Of a stretch of DNA of 64,000 nucleotides, positions 9,906 through 19,485 are shown one piece after another. The translations under genes were made by a program, and so were the position numbers. Positions within the stretch are counted from its first letter, which is position 1; each line of letters opens with the position of its first letter. This DNA is from Actinomycetota bacterium (GTDB lineage: Bacteria > Actinomycetota > Acidimicrobiia > Acidimicrobiales > JAJPHE01), in the NCBI GenBank assembly GCA_021325435.1, contig JAJPHE010000010.1:8647-72646 (forward strand), written 5' to 3'. Below the pieces are notes generated by a model. That model searched no databases and was not told the origin of the DNA. It worked only from the letters and a program-made list of their open reading frames with translations.

Positions 9906-10439
9906 ATGACCATCACCGAATACCTCATCAACTTCGCCCTCGTCGGATTGGTCGTCGTCCAGCTACGGGGCCGGCGCCTGTCGAGGGCCAACCTGCTTCT
10001 CCCCGTCGTCATCGTGGTGTGGGTGGCGTCCAACCTCCTGCGCAACGTGCCGACGGCCGGAAACGACCTGATCCTCGAGGTGGCCGGGGCCCTCGCCGGC
10101 GTCACCCTCGGAGCCCTGGCCGCCGCCGCCACCCGCATCAGCACTGACGAGCACGGCTCGGCCGTGGCCAAGGCCGGCGCCGCCGCCGCCGTCCTGTGGA
10201 TCCTCGGGATCGGAGCCCGCATCGCCTTCTCGCTTTACGCCCAGCACGGCGGGGCTCCCTCCATCGCCCACTTCAGCGCCGCCCACCACATCACCTCCGG
10301 CGGGGCCTGGGTAGCGGCATTCGTCCTCATGGCGCTGACCGAGGTCGTGGCCCGCACCGCCGTCGTCATCCTGAAGGCCCACCGGTCCGGCGCCCGGCTT
10401 CCCCGCCGGGCCCTGTCCGGATCCCCGGCCGTGGCCTGA
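9906..10439 (+). CDS. Membrane protein (DUF1453/CcdC-like)
   Basis: ATG at 9906; about five hydrophobic segments; first gene before a NarL-type two-component pair. Confidence 0.7.
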   Translation: MTITEYLINFALVGLVVVQLRGRRLSRANLLLPVVIVVWVASNLLRNVPTAGNDLILEVAGALAGVTLGALAAAATRISTDEHGSAVAKAGAAAAVLWILGIGARIAFSLYAQHGGAPSIAHFSAAHHITSGGAWVAAFVLMALTEVVARTAVVILKAHRSGARLPRRALSGSPAVA

Positions 10440-10489
10440 CCGGCCCGAACGGCACCGCCCAACCACGGCCCCCCGGTGGGATCATCTCC

Positions 10490-11638
10490 ATGATGCTGGT
10501 CTCCTACTTGAGCGGCAGAGCGAGGATCGGCGAGCGGCTCCTGACCGTCGCCCGGGCCGGGGGGCTCGGCTCCGTCCTGTGGGGCGTGTCCCAGCAGGAG
10601 CGCCCGGGGCTCGGCGGTGCCCACCTGGCCGTGCTGGCCCTGATGATCTGCTGTGCCCTCAGCTGGGCGGCGTGGATGTCGGCCCGGCGCCTCCGCCTCG
10701 GGTCGGGTGTCACGACGGGGGCGCTGGCCACCCTGGCGGCCACGGGAGGCGCCCTGGCCGCCATCGCCCCGATCGCCATGACGTTCCCGGCCGTGGCCGC
10801 CCTCGGGGCCGGACTGGCCCTGCCGTCCTCGCTCAGCACGGTGGTGGCGGCGGCGGGTGGAGCGTCGGTCCTGATCGCCGGCATCGCCTCCAACGCCCCG
10901 GCCGGTTTCGTGGTGTCGGGCGTGCTGGCCACCGCCGCCGGGCTGATGGCCGGGCGCAGCCGACGCCAGTACACCGAGCGGGCCGAGCAGGCCGAGGCGC
11001 TGTTGGCCGAGCGGACCCGTGCCGACGCCGAACGCGACCGGGCCGCCGCCCTGGCCGAACGCAACCGCATCGCCCGCGAGATCCACGACGTCCTCGCTCA
11101 CTCCCTCGGCGCCCTCGCCGTGCAGCTCGACGCGGCCGACGCCGTGCTCGAGGACAGCGGGGACCGCGACCGGGCCCGCCAGCTCGTCCGCCAGGCCCGC
11201 ACCCTGGCGGTGCAGGGCCTGACCGAGACCCGCCAGGCCGTGCACGCCCTGCGCGACGAGCCGGTCGCCCTCGTCGAGCAGCTCACCGCCCTGGCCGCCC
11301 AGGACGGCGCCGCCTTGGACGTCACCGGCGAACCCCACGCTCTCGACCCCGCCGCCGGGGTGGCCCTCTACCGGGCGGCCCAGGAGGCGATAACCAACGC
11401 CCGCAAGCACGCCCCGGGCGCCCCCGTGTCGATCCGTGTCGAGTTCGCCGTGGGGCGGACCTCCCTGACCGTCACCAACGGGCCGTCCTCCAAGGAGATC
11501 GGGTCGCCCACCCTCGCCGACACCGGCGGCGGCTACGGGCTGGCCGGCATGCGCGAGCGGGTCGAGCTGCTGGGCGGCTCCCTCTCAGCGGCGCCGGAGG
11601 GAGCGGGGTTCGCCGTGCGGGTGGCGATCCCCGGATGA
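10490..11638 (+). CDS. Sensor histidine kinase (HisKA_3, DesK/NarX type)
   Basis: N-terminal TM helices, ERNRIAREIHDVLAHSL H-box, QEAITNARKHA N-box and GYGLAGMRERV G-box. Confidence 0.93.
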   Translation: MMLVSYLSGRARIGERLLTVARAGGLGSVLWGVSQQERPGLGGAHLAVLALMICCALSWAAWMSARRLRLGSGVTTGALATLAATGGALAAIAPIAMTFPAVAALGAGLALPSSLSTVVAAAGGASVLIAGIASNAPAGFVVSGVLATAAGLMAGRSRRQYTERAEQAEALLAERTRADAERDRAAALAERNRIAREIHDVLAHSLGALAVQLDAADAVLEDSGDRDRARQLVRQARTLAVQGLTETRQAVHALRDEPVALVEQLTALAAQDGAALDVTGEPHALDPAAGVALYRAAQEAITNARKHAPGAPVSIRVEFAVGRTSLTVTNGPSSKEIGSPTLADTGGGYGLAGMRERVELLGGSLSAAPEGAGFAVRVAIPG

Positions 11639-12267
11639 GGATCGTCGTAGCCGACGACCAGACGGCGGTGCGGGAGGGCCTCGTCACCCTGCTCGGCACC
11701 ATGGCCGGCATCGAGGTGGTCGGCGCCGCCGCCAACGGCCAGGAGGCGGTCGACCTGGTCGCCCGGCACAACCCCGACGTGGTGCTGATGGACCTCAACA
11801 TGCCCGTCCTCGACGGCATCGGCGCCACCACCGCCATCCGCCAGCACCACCCCGCCACTCAGGTGGTCGTCCTCACCACCTACGACGACGACGAGTCGAT
11901 CGTGGGCGCCTTGCGGGCCGGGGCCATCGGCTACCTGACGAAAGACGCCGGGCGCGACCACATCCGCCGGGCGGTCGAGGCGGCCGCCGCCGGACAGGCG
12001 GTGCTCGACCCGGCGGTGCAGGCCCGACTGGTGCGAGCCGTCGGCGAACCACCCCGATCAGCCGCGACGCCCCCCGACGGGTTGACCGAGCGCGAGGCGG
12101 AGGTCCTCGGCCTCATGGCCCGGGGCCTGTCGAACCAGGAGATCGCCGGTCAGCTGTTCGTCAGCGAAGCCACGGTGAAGACCCACGTAAACCACATCTT
12201 CGCCAAGACCCACAGTCGCGACCGGGCCCAGGCCATCGCCTACGCCCACCGCCACTCCCTGGCCTGA
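11635..12267 (+). CDS. NarL/LuxR-family response regulator
   Basis: ATGA overlap with the kinase; ADD, DVVLMD, LTT and GYLTK receiver motifs; LTEREAEVL...SNQEIA...VKTHV HTH. Confidence 0.95.
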   Translation: MRIVVADDQTAVREGLVTLLGTMAGIEVVGAAANGQEAVDLVARHNPDVVLMDLNMPVLDGIGATTAIRQHHPATQVVVLTTYDDDESIVGALRAGAIGYLTKDAGRDHIRRAVEAAAAGQAVLDPAVQARLVRAVGEPPRSAATPPDGLTEREAEVLGLMARGLSNQEIAGQLFVSEATVKTHVNHIFAKTHSRDRAQAIAYAHRHSLA

Positions 12268-12277
12268 CCGCCGGGCG

Positions 12278-12919
12278 CTAGCGGATCCCCGTGTCGCAGG
12301 AGATGTCGACCCGACTCGGCGCGCCGGAGCCGACGGTCACCGGCGTGTTCGGGCACCGGGGGAAGCTCGAGCCCGTCACCACCACAAGCGTGTAGCTGCC
12401 GGGCGCCAACGCCAGGGCGTACCCGCCGCTCGAGTCCGTCGTCGTGCTGGCCACGGTGGCGCCCCCCGAGTCGTGCGCCTGAACCTGGCCCGACACCGGT
12501 TTGGGGGGACACGGGTTGCCCGCCTGCTCCACCGGACAGGTCGGCCCGGCGGTCACGTAGCCGTAGACCCCGGTCCCGTTGGGCGGCTGCGGCGGTCGGG
12601 TGGTGGTGGTGACCGCGGTGGTCGTGGTGGAACGCATGGTCGTCGTCGTTCGCCCAGCGGTCGTGGTGGCGGTCCCCACGCTGACCGGAGGCCCGGTGAC
12701 GCCGGCCGTTCCGCCGTTGACTGTTCCGCCGTTGGCCGTTCCAGAGCCGCTCGACGCCAGAGCGGTCGTGGAGGTGGAGGCCGGCGTCGTCGTTGAGGAA
12801 CCGGGGGCCGTCGTGACCGGGGAGCGGCCGCCGGCGCTGACCTTGGCTCCCCCGCCGCCGCAGGCGGACATGGCCAGCCCCAAAGCCAAGACCAGACCAC
12901 CGAAACGCAGCCTCGGCAC
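12278..12919 (-). CDS. Lipoprotein with Thr-rich linker and C-terminal carboxypeptidase-regulatory-like domain
   Basis: Lipobox-like AMSAC, long TTT-rich linker, then GPTCPVE...CPP...TDSSGGY...LAPGSY...CDTGIR. Confidence 0.75.
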   Translation of the reverse strand: MPRLRFGGLVLALGLAMSACGGGGAKVSAGGRSPVTTAPGSSTTTPASTSTTALASSGSGTANGGTVNGGTAGVTGPPVSVGTATTTAGRTTTTMRSTTTTAVTTTTRPPQPPNGTGVYGYVTAGPTCPVEQAGNPCPPKPVSGQVQAHDSGGATVASTTTDSSGGYALALAPGSYTLVVVTGSSFPRCPNTPVTVGSGAPSRVDISCDTGIR

Positions 12920-13038
12920 CGACCCCCCTGACCTTCTTCGCTCCTGCCCAGGCTACCGCGCTCCTTTTGGGATCCCTTGGGTGAAGGGCAGCCTTTGGCC
13001 ACGCAGGGGAGCCCGCCCGGAACGGCGAAAGACCCAGC

Positions 13039-14568
13039 GTGCGCTCCTCGAGGAAGCTGATCGTGGCCGTCGCGTCCCTGGCCACGTGGGTTACCGCCGC
13101 CCTGGCCGCCGGGGCCAACCCGGCGTCCACCGGCCCCGTCTCGGTGACGGGAACGGCCAAGTGGGGCGTGACCACCACCACCCTGACCACGCCGCTGTCG
13201 TCACCCGCCGGGCCGTCCACCGCCACTGGCGGGCTGTCTCCGGGCAGCTGCCCGTCATCGGCGGGCGGAACGCCGGCCGGCGAGGGCATCCTCCTGGTGA
13301 GGATGGCCGGGCCCGGCACCACCTGGGCCAGCCCGACGGACACCTCGGTCGTGGTCGACGCCCAGGTGGACCAAGGGCCGACCCAGGAGATCGTCCTGTT
13401 CGCCGGCTCGGACCCGTTCACCTACGAGGGCTTCGTCGGGTCGATCGCCAGCGGACGTCACTGCGTAACTCTCACCGTGCGACCCGACCTGTCCCACGTC
13501 ACCACCATCACGCCGGCGGTGCAGGTGTCGGGCATCACTTTGGGCGTCGTCCCGTTCGGCAGCACCGACTACCTGCTCGAGTCCCACGATCCTGTGCTGT
13601 ACGGGCGCAGCACCTCGGCCGTCGGCGACACGCCGCTCATCACCTACGGGCAACAGTCCGCCGATCCCGACGGAGTCGACACCGACCTCTCCTACGTTGT
13701 CACCTGGACCCACGAGGACACCGGCGACGGAACCGTGCCCGCCTACGAATGGGGTCTGTGGGGACGGATGACCGACATCGAGACGGTGCTCACCGAGAAG
13801 GTGGCCCCCGACGGCAAGATCCTCTCGGCGTCGTATCTCTCGTGCGGGTGCGAGGGCGCTCCCATCTACCCCGACTTCGTGCCGGAGAACCCGGCCAACG
13901 GCGGGGAGACCGACAAGCCCTACCCGTCGTCGGGCACGCCGGCTCCGCTCGAGAACCACCTGGCCATCCGGGATGCCACCGGCAACAACGACATCTCCCC
14001 GGACGGCACCTCCGCCTACCGCTTCCAGCAGACGCTGGTCGGCGCCCCCGGGCCCGGCCAGGCCCGCGAGACCGCCATGGACCAGAACCCGTGGAGCTAC
14101 CGGATCTCGGGCCAAGAAGTCGGTCGCGAGACGGTCAGCTCGACCGACTCCCACAACTTCCTCGCCGGCGTGTACCCGCAGTACCTCATCGTCGACATCA
14201 ACGCCCAGGCCCAGAACACCTCGTCGATCGCCGTCGAGGTGCAGCTGGCCGGCGATCCCACCTGGTACTCCAACGACTACGCCCAGATGACCTCACCCGG
14301 TCCGCCCACCACGTTCCCCTTCTACAACGGGGGCCACGCCCGCACCGTCATCAAGCTGCCCCTCGGGTGGAACGGGACACCCATCACCGCCCTGCGGCTG
14401 CGCCTCGACGCACCCCCGGGCGGCCCGCCTCCCGCCCTGGTCGGCACCCCCGCCATCGAGCTGATCGAGGTCACCCCCGATTACGCCATCGAGCACCCGT
14501 CCTTCCCGGCGCCGTCGGTGGTCACCGCCACCCAGGTGGTCCCCGCTACCGGCGTAATCGGGGCCTGA
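13039..14568 (+). CDS. Secreted hypothetical protein (509 aa)
   Basis: Signal peptide (RKLIVAVASLATWVTAALAA), strong codon bias and a conserved-looking WTHEDTG...WGRMTDIE segment. Confidence 0.8.
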   Translation: MRSSRKLIVAVASLATWVTAALAAGANPASTGPVSVTGTAKWGVTTTTLTTPLSSPAGPSTATGGLSPGSCPSSAGGTPAGEGILLVRMAGPGTTWASPTDTSVVVDAQVDQGPTQEIVLFAGSDPFTYEGFVGSIASGRHCVTLTVRPDLSHVTTITPAVQVSGITLGVVPFGSTDYLLESHDPVLYGRSTSAVGDTPLITYGQQSADPDGVDTDLSYVVTWTHEDTGDGTVPAYEWGLWGRMTDIETVLTEKVAPDGKILSASYLSCGCEGAPIYPDFVPENPANGGETDKPYPSSGTPAPLENHLAIRDATGNNDISPDGTSAYRFQQTLVGAPGPGQARETAMDQNPWSYRISGQEVGRETVSSTDSHNFLAGVYPQYLIVDINAQAQNTSSIAVEVQLAGDPTWYSNDYAQMTSPGPPTTFPFYNGGHARTVIKLPLGWNGTPITALRLRLDAPPGGPPPALVGTPAIELIEVTPDYAIEHPSFPAPSVVTATQVVPATGVIGA

Positions 14569-14809
14569 ACGCAGATCGGCTATCGGCGACGGGGCCGCAC
14601 CGCCCGCCATTTAGTGTCACCAGACGTTGCCGAAAGCGGAGGCGTGGTCGGCGCGTTTGCTCGCATCGGATGACTGAGATTTCCAAGGATACGCCGGGCC
14701 TCCCGTGAGCAGATGCGCTGGCGGCCGCCGCCTCAGGCTGCGGGCCTTCCTGCCGAACCTGTAGGTGACCTTGCGCCCCTGGACGGGCGGGGGGCGGCGA
14801 GGAGGAGCT

Positions 14810-15595
14810 ATGCGGTTCCACAAGATCGGGATGGTCGCCTTCACCGGCGTCGCCCTGTTGGCCATGTCCACGGCGGCCTCGGCCAAGCCAATCAGCGGCA
14901 GCACCTCCACCGCGGCGACCGGCTTCGACGTCTCCTATCCGCAGTGCAGCTCGAGCCTGCCGAGCGCCATCGCCTTCGGCATCGTCGGGGTCAACGATGG
15001 GATCGTGTACTCGCCCAACCCGTGCCTGGCGAAGCAGTACCAGTGGGCGGTCAAGGCCACCTCCGCCTCGACCAGCCCTGAGACCAGCGTCTCCTTTTAC
15101 GCCAACACCGCCGACCCTGGTCCGAGTAGCACCCACTGGCCGAAGGGTCAGCTCTCTCCGAAAGCCTGCTCCGCCGACGCCCCCAGCCAGGGGTGTGACT
15201 ACGACTACGGCTGGAACGCGGCCACCAACTCCTACAACGACGCCGTGGCCGCCGCCGGATCGTCCGCCAACATCCACGGCGATCCGTGGTGGCTCGACGT
15301 CGAGAACGCCAACTCGTGGGTCGACGGGGCCCTCAACATCGCCGATCTGCAGGGGGCGGCCGACGCCCTGGCCCAGCTGAGCGGCGTCACCCCCGGCTTC
15401 TACACCAACTCCTCGTCGTGGCAGTCGATCACCGGGTCCACCACCGCCTTCTCCGGTTACCCGGCCTGGCTGCCCGGCGCCCGCAACCTCACCGGCGCCA
15501 AGTCGAACTGCACAGCCACCGCCCCCACCCACGGGACGATCACGCTCACCCAGTACTCGTCCTCAGGTCTCGACGCCGACTACGACTGCCAGTAG
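14810..15595 (+). CDS. Secreted GH25/lysozyme-like (TIM-barrel) protein
   Basis: SD GGAGGAG, signal peptide, GFDVSYPQC, WWLDVE, GFYT..SW and WLPG. Confidence 0.7.
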   Translation: MRFHKIGMVAFTGVALLAMSTAASAKPISGSTSTAATGFDVSYPQCSSSLPSAIAFGIVGVNDGIVYSPNPCLAKQYQWAVKATSASTSPETSVSFYANTADPGPSSTHWPKGQLSPKACSADAPSQGCDYDYGWNAATNSYNDAVAAAGSSANIHGDPWWLDVENANSWVDGALNIADLQGAADALAQLSGVTPGFYTNSSSWQSITGSTTAFSGYPAWLPGARNLTGAKSNCTATAPTHGTITLTQYSSSGLDADYDCQ

Positions 15596-15651
15596 GAGAT
15601 GCGCCGGCTAATCCGGTCGCCGTCGCCCCGTGGCCCTGCCAGGGTGGGGCG

Positions 15652-16161
15652 GTGAGCGACCACATCCGCTCCTACGCGCCGGGTGACGAGCAGGCCGTCG
15701 TCGAGCAGGCCCTGGCGGCCTGGGCGCCGGTGTTCGCATCCATGGAAGCGGTCCTCGGCCGGAGCATGTCGGTCCTCCTCCACGGCGAAGACTGGCGGCC
15801 GTACCAGGAGGCGGCGGTGCGCCGGACTCTCGGCTCCCAAGGCATGCGCACGTGGGTGGCCGAGGCCGGGGGCGGGGTGGTGGGCTTCGTGTCGGCCAAC
15901 GTGGCCGACCCCGACCGGGGGCTGGGAGAGGTGGTGATGCTCGCCGTCGAGCCCGGCCACCAGGGCCGCGGCCGGGGCACCGCCCTGACCGAGACGGCCA
16001 CCGCCTGGCTCGCCGAACAGGGCATGAGGGTGGCCATGATCGAGACCGGCGGGGACCCGGGCCACGCCCCGGCCCGGCGGGTCTACGAGAAGGCCGAGTA
16101 CCGGCCCATGCCGGTCGCCCGCTACTTCAGGGCCCTCGAGGACGGGCCGCCGCACCTCTAG
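15652..16161 (+). CDS. GNAT-family N-acetyltransferase
   Basis: GTG at 15652; LAVEPGHQGRGRG acetyl-CoA loop and ARRVYEKAEY. Confidence 0.9.
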   Translation: MSDHIRSYAPGDEQAVVEQALAAWAPVFASMEAVLGRSMSVLLHGEDWRPYQEAAVRRTLGSQGMRTWVAEAGGGVVGFVSANVADPDRGLGEVVMLAVEPGHQGRGRGTALTETATAWLAEQGMRVAMIETGGDPGHAPARRVYEKAEYRPMPVARYFRALEDGPPHL

Positions 16162-16190
16162 GTCTTTATAGGGCATCCCCTATAAGGACC
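16161..16190. terminator. AT-rich inverted repeat (terminator or operator)
   Basis: GGTCTTTATAGGG-CATC-CCCTATAAGGACC: 13-bp stem with one G-U pair and a 4-nt loop, starting at the GNAT stop. Confidence 0.55.
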
Positions 16191-16214
16191 CATACCCGGC
16201 CATAGGCTGGCGGA

Positions 16215-17408
16215 GTGGACCCGGTGCGCAACCCCTACAGCCCGGGGGCGGGCACCCGACCGCCGGCGCTGGTGGGCCGCGACCCGGAGATCGAGGACAT
16301 GGACGTGGCCCTCCGCCGGCTGCGCTCGGGCCGCGACGGACGCAGCCAGATGCTCACCGGCCTGCGGGGGGTCGGCAAGACGGTGCTGCTCAACGAGTAC
16401 GAGAACCTGGCCGGGGGGCGGGGCTTCCACCACGAGCACATCGAGGTCTCCGAGGAAGGATCCCTCGCCCCCCGCCTGGCGTCGGCGTTCCGCAAGATCC
16501 TTTTGGCCATGGACGCCAAGCGACGGATCGGCGAGCGGGCCCGCCACGCCCTCGGGGTGGTGAAAGCGTTCAGCCTGCGCCTGCCGGACGGGCCCGAGCT
16601 CGCCATCGACGTCGACGCGGTGGCGGGGCCGGCGGACTCCGGGGTGCTGGCCGACGATCTGGCCGGGCTGTTCGTGGAGGTCGGTCGGGTGGCCGGCGAC
16701 CACGACACCGGCGTGCTGTTGACCATCGACGAGTTGCACTACGTCGCCCGTCCGACTCTGGCCGCGCTCGTCGTTGGGTTGCACCGGGCCGCCCAGCTGC
16801 GGCTGCCGATCACCGTGGCCGGCGCCGGGTTGCCGTCCCTCGCCGCCCTGACCGGCGACGCCAAGACCTACTCGGAGCGGATGTTCACCTACCCCCGCAT
16901 CGGCTCGCTGTTCCCCGACCACGCCGCCGAGGCGCTGTCGGCCCCGGCGCGCGACGAGGGAGTGGCGTGGGACGACGACGCCATCGAGCGGATCCTCGGG
17001 GTGACCCGGGGCTTCCCCTACTTCCTGCAGGAGTTCGCCAAGCAGGCGTGGGACGTGGCCGACGGGCCGGACCGGATCACCGCCGACGACGTCGAACGCT
17101 CCCTGCCGGTGTCGATCGCCGAGCTCGATGACGGCTTCTTCCGGGTGCGGGCCGAGCGCACCAACGACACCGAGCGGCTGTACCTGCGGGCCATGGCCGA
17201 GCTGGGCCAGGGTCCGGTGCGCAGCTCCGAGGTGGCGTCGGTGTTGGGTACGACCACCAGCGCCCTGTCCCCCACCCGCGACGCCCTGATCAAACGGGCC
17301 CTGTGCTACGCCCCCCGCTGGGGCGAGATCGACTTCACCGTGCCGATGTTCGACGAGTTCATGCGGCGCTGGATACCGCGACTCCCCCCGCGCCGGGCCC
17401 GCCGGTAG
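16215..17408 (+). CDS. P-loop ATP-binding protein (AAA_16/archaeal-ATPase-like) with probable C-terminal winged helix
   Basis: NPYSPGAG...LVGRD, Walker A GLRGVGKT, Walker B LTIDELH, FPYFLQ and C-terminal RDALIKRAL...GEIDF. Confidence 0.85.
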   Translation: MDPVRNPYSPGAGTRPPALVGRDPEIEDMDVALRRLRSGRDGRSQMLTGLRGVGKTVLLNEYENLAGGRGFHHEHIEVSEEGSLAPRLASAFRKILLAMDAKRRIGERARHALGVVKAFSLRLPDGPELAIDVDAVAGPADSGVLADDLAGLFVEVGRVAGDHDTGVLLTIDELHYVARPTLAALVVGLHRAAQLRLPITVAGAGLPSLAALTGDAKTYSERMFTYPRIGSLFPDHAAEALSAPARDEGVAWDDDAIERILGVTRGFPYFLQEFAKQAWDVADGPDRITADDVERSLPVSIAELDDGFFRVRAERTNDTERLYLRAMAELGQGPVRSSEVASVLGTTTSALSPTRDALIKRALCYAPRWGEIDFTVPMFDEFMRRWIPRLPPRRARR

Positions 17409-17412
17409 CGGC

Positions 17413-17742
17413 TCAGGCCTGCTCGAGCCCTTCGCCGAACTCGCGCAGCGTCTCGCTGTGGCGGTTGTCGGCCAGGGCCCGCCCCACCCCGAGCAGGAGG
17501 GCGACCGGCCACTCGATGACCTCGGCCACCGCCAAGGTGGCGACCGCCGCATACCAGGCGAGATGGACCGGGGGAGGCAGCGTCACGTCACCGACGAAGG
17601 GCACCGTCAGCGTCAGCTCACCACCGGTGACTGCCTTCTCGGCGGCCGCCCTCGGGCCAAAGACCCGGCGGGCCCGGCTGGCACCGGACCCGTTGGCGTT
17701 GGTCCTCTTGACGCTGGTCGAGCGTTTGCTGGTCTCAGCCAC
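17413..17742 (-). CDS. Conserved actinobacterial-type hypothetical protein (109 aa)
   Basis: GTG at 17742 after GAGGAGG; LPPPVHLAWYAAVATLAVAEVIEWPVALLLGVG hydrophobic core. Confidence 0.65.
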   Translation of the reverse strand: MAETSKRSTSVKRTNANGSGASRARRVFGPRAAAEKAVTGGELTLTVPFVGDVTLPPPVHLAWYAAVATLAVAEVIEWPVALLLGVGRALADNRHSETLREFGEGLEQA

Positions 17743-17910
17743 GACGCCTCCTCTGGCACGATCCCACGACCGCGCGTTCCCGGTCAACGGGCGACCCACA
17801 CCTCCCGCCGCCCGGCGGTGTCTAGGCAGCATTCGTCATTGTCCCCGACCCCGCCGACCTCTTACCGTGGTCACGTTGCGCCAACCGGCGACTACGCCTG
17901 GGAGGCCGAA

Positions 17911-19485
17911 ATGGGCGCTGCGGTGACGCCTCACAACCGCTGGGAGAGCCGGCGGGGAGCGGCCCTGCTGGTGCGGGCCGTGGTCCTCGCCGCCCCGCTG
18001 GGGGCGGGGCTGGGCGCCTCCATCCTCGTGGGCCGGGCCCTCGGGCATCCGGCGGGGGCGTGGGACGTGGCCGGCTGGTGGTGCACGGTGCTGGCGACGT
18101 CACTGGTGACGGTGGCGGTGATCGACCGAGCCGCCCGCCGCCTGCTCCCGCTGGCCGTCCTGTTCCGCCTGTCGCTGGTCTTCCCCGACCGGGCCCCGTC
18201 GCGCTACCGGGTGGCCCTGCGGGCCGGCTCCATCCGCCGGCTGGAGGAGCGGGCCCGCTCGGGTGAGGTGATGGGGAGCGACGCTCGCTCGGCGGCCGAG
18301 GAGGTGCTGGTTCTCTCCGCCGCCCTGGCCCGCCACGACACCACCACCCGGGGCCACTCCGAGCGGGTGCGGGCCCTCACCGAGCTGATCGCCGACGAGA
18401 TGGGCCTCTCCGGCGACGACCGCGACAAGCTGCGGTGGGCGGCCCTGCTGCACGACGTGGGCAAGCTCAGCGTCGATGCGCACGTGTTGAACAAGCCGGG
18501 GGCGCTGGACGAAGCCGACTGGGAGGCGGTCAAACGGCATCCGGCCGAGGGGCTGCGCATCACCGCCCACCTGCGCGACTGGCTGGGCCCGTGGACGCTG
18601 GCCATCGGGCAGCACCACGAGCGTTGGGACGGCAGCGGCTACCCGGACGGGCTGCGCGGCGACGACATCTCGCGGGCGGCCCGCATCGTGGCGGTGGCGG
18701 ACGCCTACGACGTGATGACGAGCGTGCGGTCCTACAAGCGCCCGGTGGGACCGGCCGCGGCCCGGGCCGAGCTGGCGGCCTGCGCCGGCCGCCACTTCGA
18801 CCCCGACGTCGTGCGGGCGTTCCTCGACGTGTCGCTGGGACGGCTGCGGCTGGCCCTCGGGCTGGGCGGCGCCTTGGCCTTCCCGCTCATCCCCCGGGCG
18901 TTCCTCGGCATCATCCAGCCGGTGAGCGCCGGGGCGGTGGCGACCATGGTGGCGGCCGCCGGCGGCCTCCTGCCCATCGCCACCCCGGCCGTGGCCCCCC
19001 TGGCACTCGGCGAGCCGCAGTCGCCGGTGGTGGTGGAGGCTCCCCCTCCGGTTCCGCTGGGCGCGGTGGTGCCCGACCCGGCCGTGGCCCCAGCCGTCGC
19101 CCCCGCCGCTACCCGGCCGCCGGCGGCGACGGCAGCCCACGCCGCCACCCCTGCCGTCAGCCCGCGCCTCGTCGCCGCCCCGACCCATCACCAGATGGCA
19201 ACGCGACCGGCGCCGACCGCCAGCGTCGCCACCGCCCCGGTGATCACCATCCCCCGCCCCACCCGCATCGCCATAACCGGCCTCGTCACCGACACCGCCG
19301 CCCTCGTTCGCAAGTCGGTGACGGTGACGGTGGCGCCGAGGCACGGCAGCTACGTCGTCGACTCCGACGGCGGGATCCACTACCAGCCGGCCCGGGGTTA
19401 CACCGGGCCCGACAGCTTCGGCTACTCGGTGTGCGACGTGCTGGGCCGCTGCTTCAGCGGGACCGTCGACCTGACGGTGGTCTGA
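17911..19485 (+). CDS. Membrane HD-GYP phosphodiesterase with C-terminal Ig/cadherin-like domain
   Basis: TM helices, TRGHSERV, LLHDVGK, HHERWDGSGYP, ADAYD, further TM segments, a Pro/Ala/Thr linker and P.HG...Y.P..GYTGPDSFGY..C. Confidence 0.88.
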   Translation: MGAAVTPHNRWESRRGAALLVRAVVLAAPLGAGLGASILVGRALGHPAGAWDVAGWWCTVLATSLVTVAVIDRAARRLLPLAVLFRLSLVFPDRAPSRYRVALRAGSIRRLEERARSGEVMGSDARSAAEEVLVLSAALARHDTTTRGHSERVRALTELIADEMGLSGDDRDKLRWAALLHDVGKLSVDAHVLNKPGALDEADWEAVKRHPAEGLRITAHLRDWLGPWTLAIGQHHERWDGSGYPDGLRGDDISRAARIVAVADAYDVMTSVRSYKRPVGPAAARAELAACAGRHFDPDVVRAFLDVSLGRLRLALGLGGALAFPLIPRAFLGIIQPVSAGAVATMVAAAGGLLPIATPAVAPLALGEPQSPVVVEAPPPVPLGAVVPDPAVAPAVAPAATRPPAATAAHAATPAVSPRLVAAPTHHQMATRPAPTASVATAPVITIPRPTRIAITGLVTDTAALVRKSVTVTVAPRHGSYVVDSDGGIHYQPARGYTGPDSFGYSVCDVLGRCFSGTVDLTVV

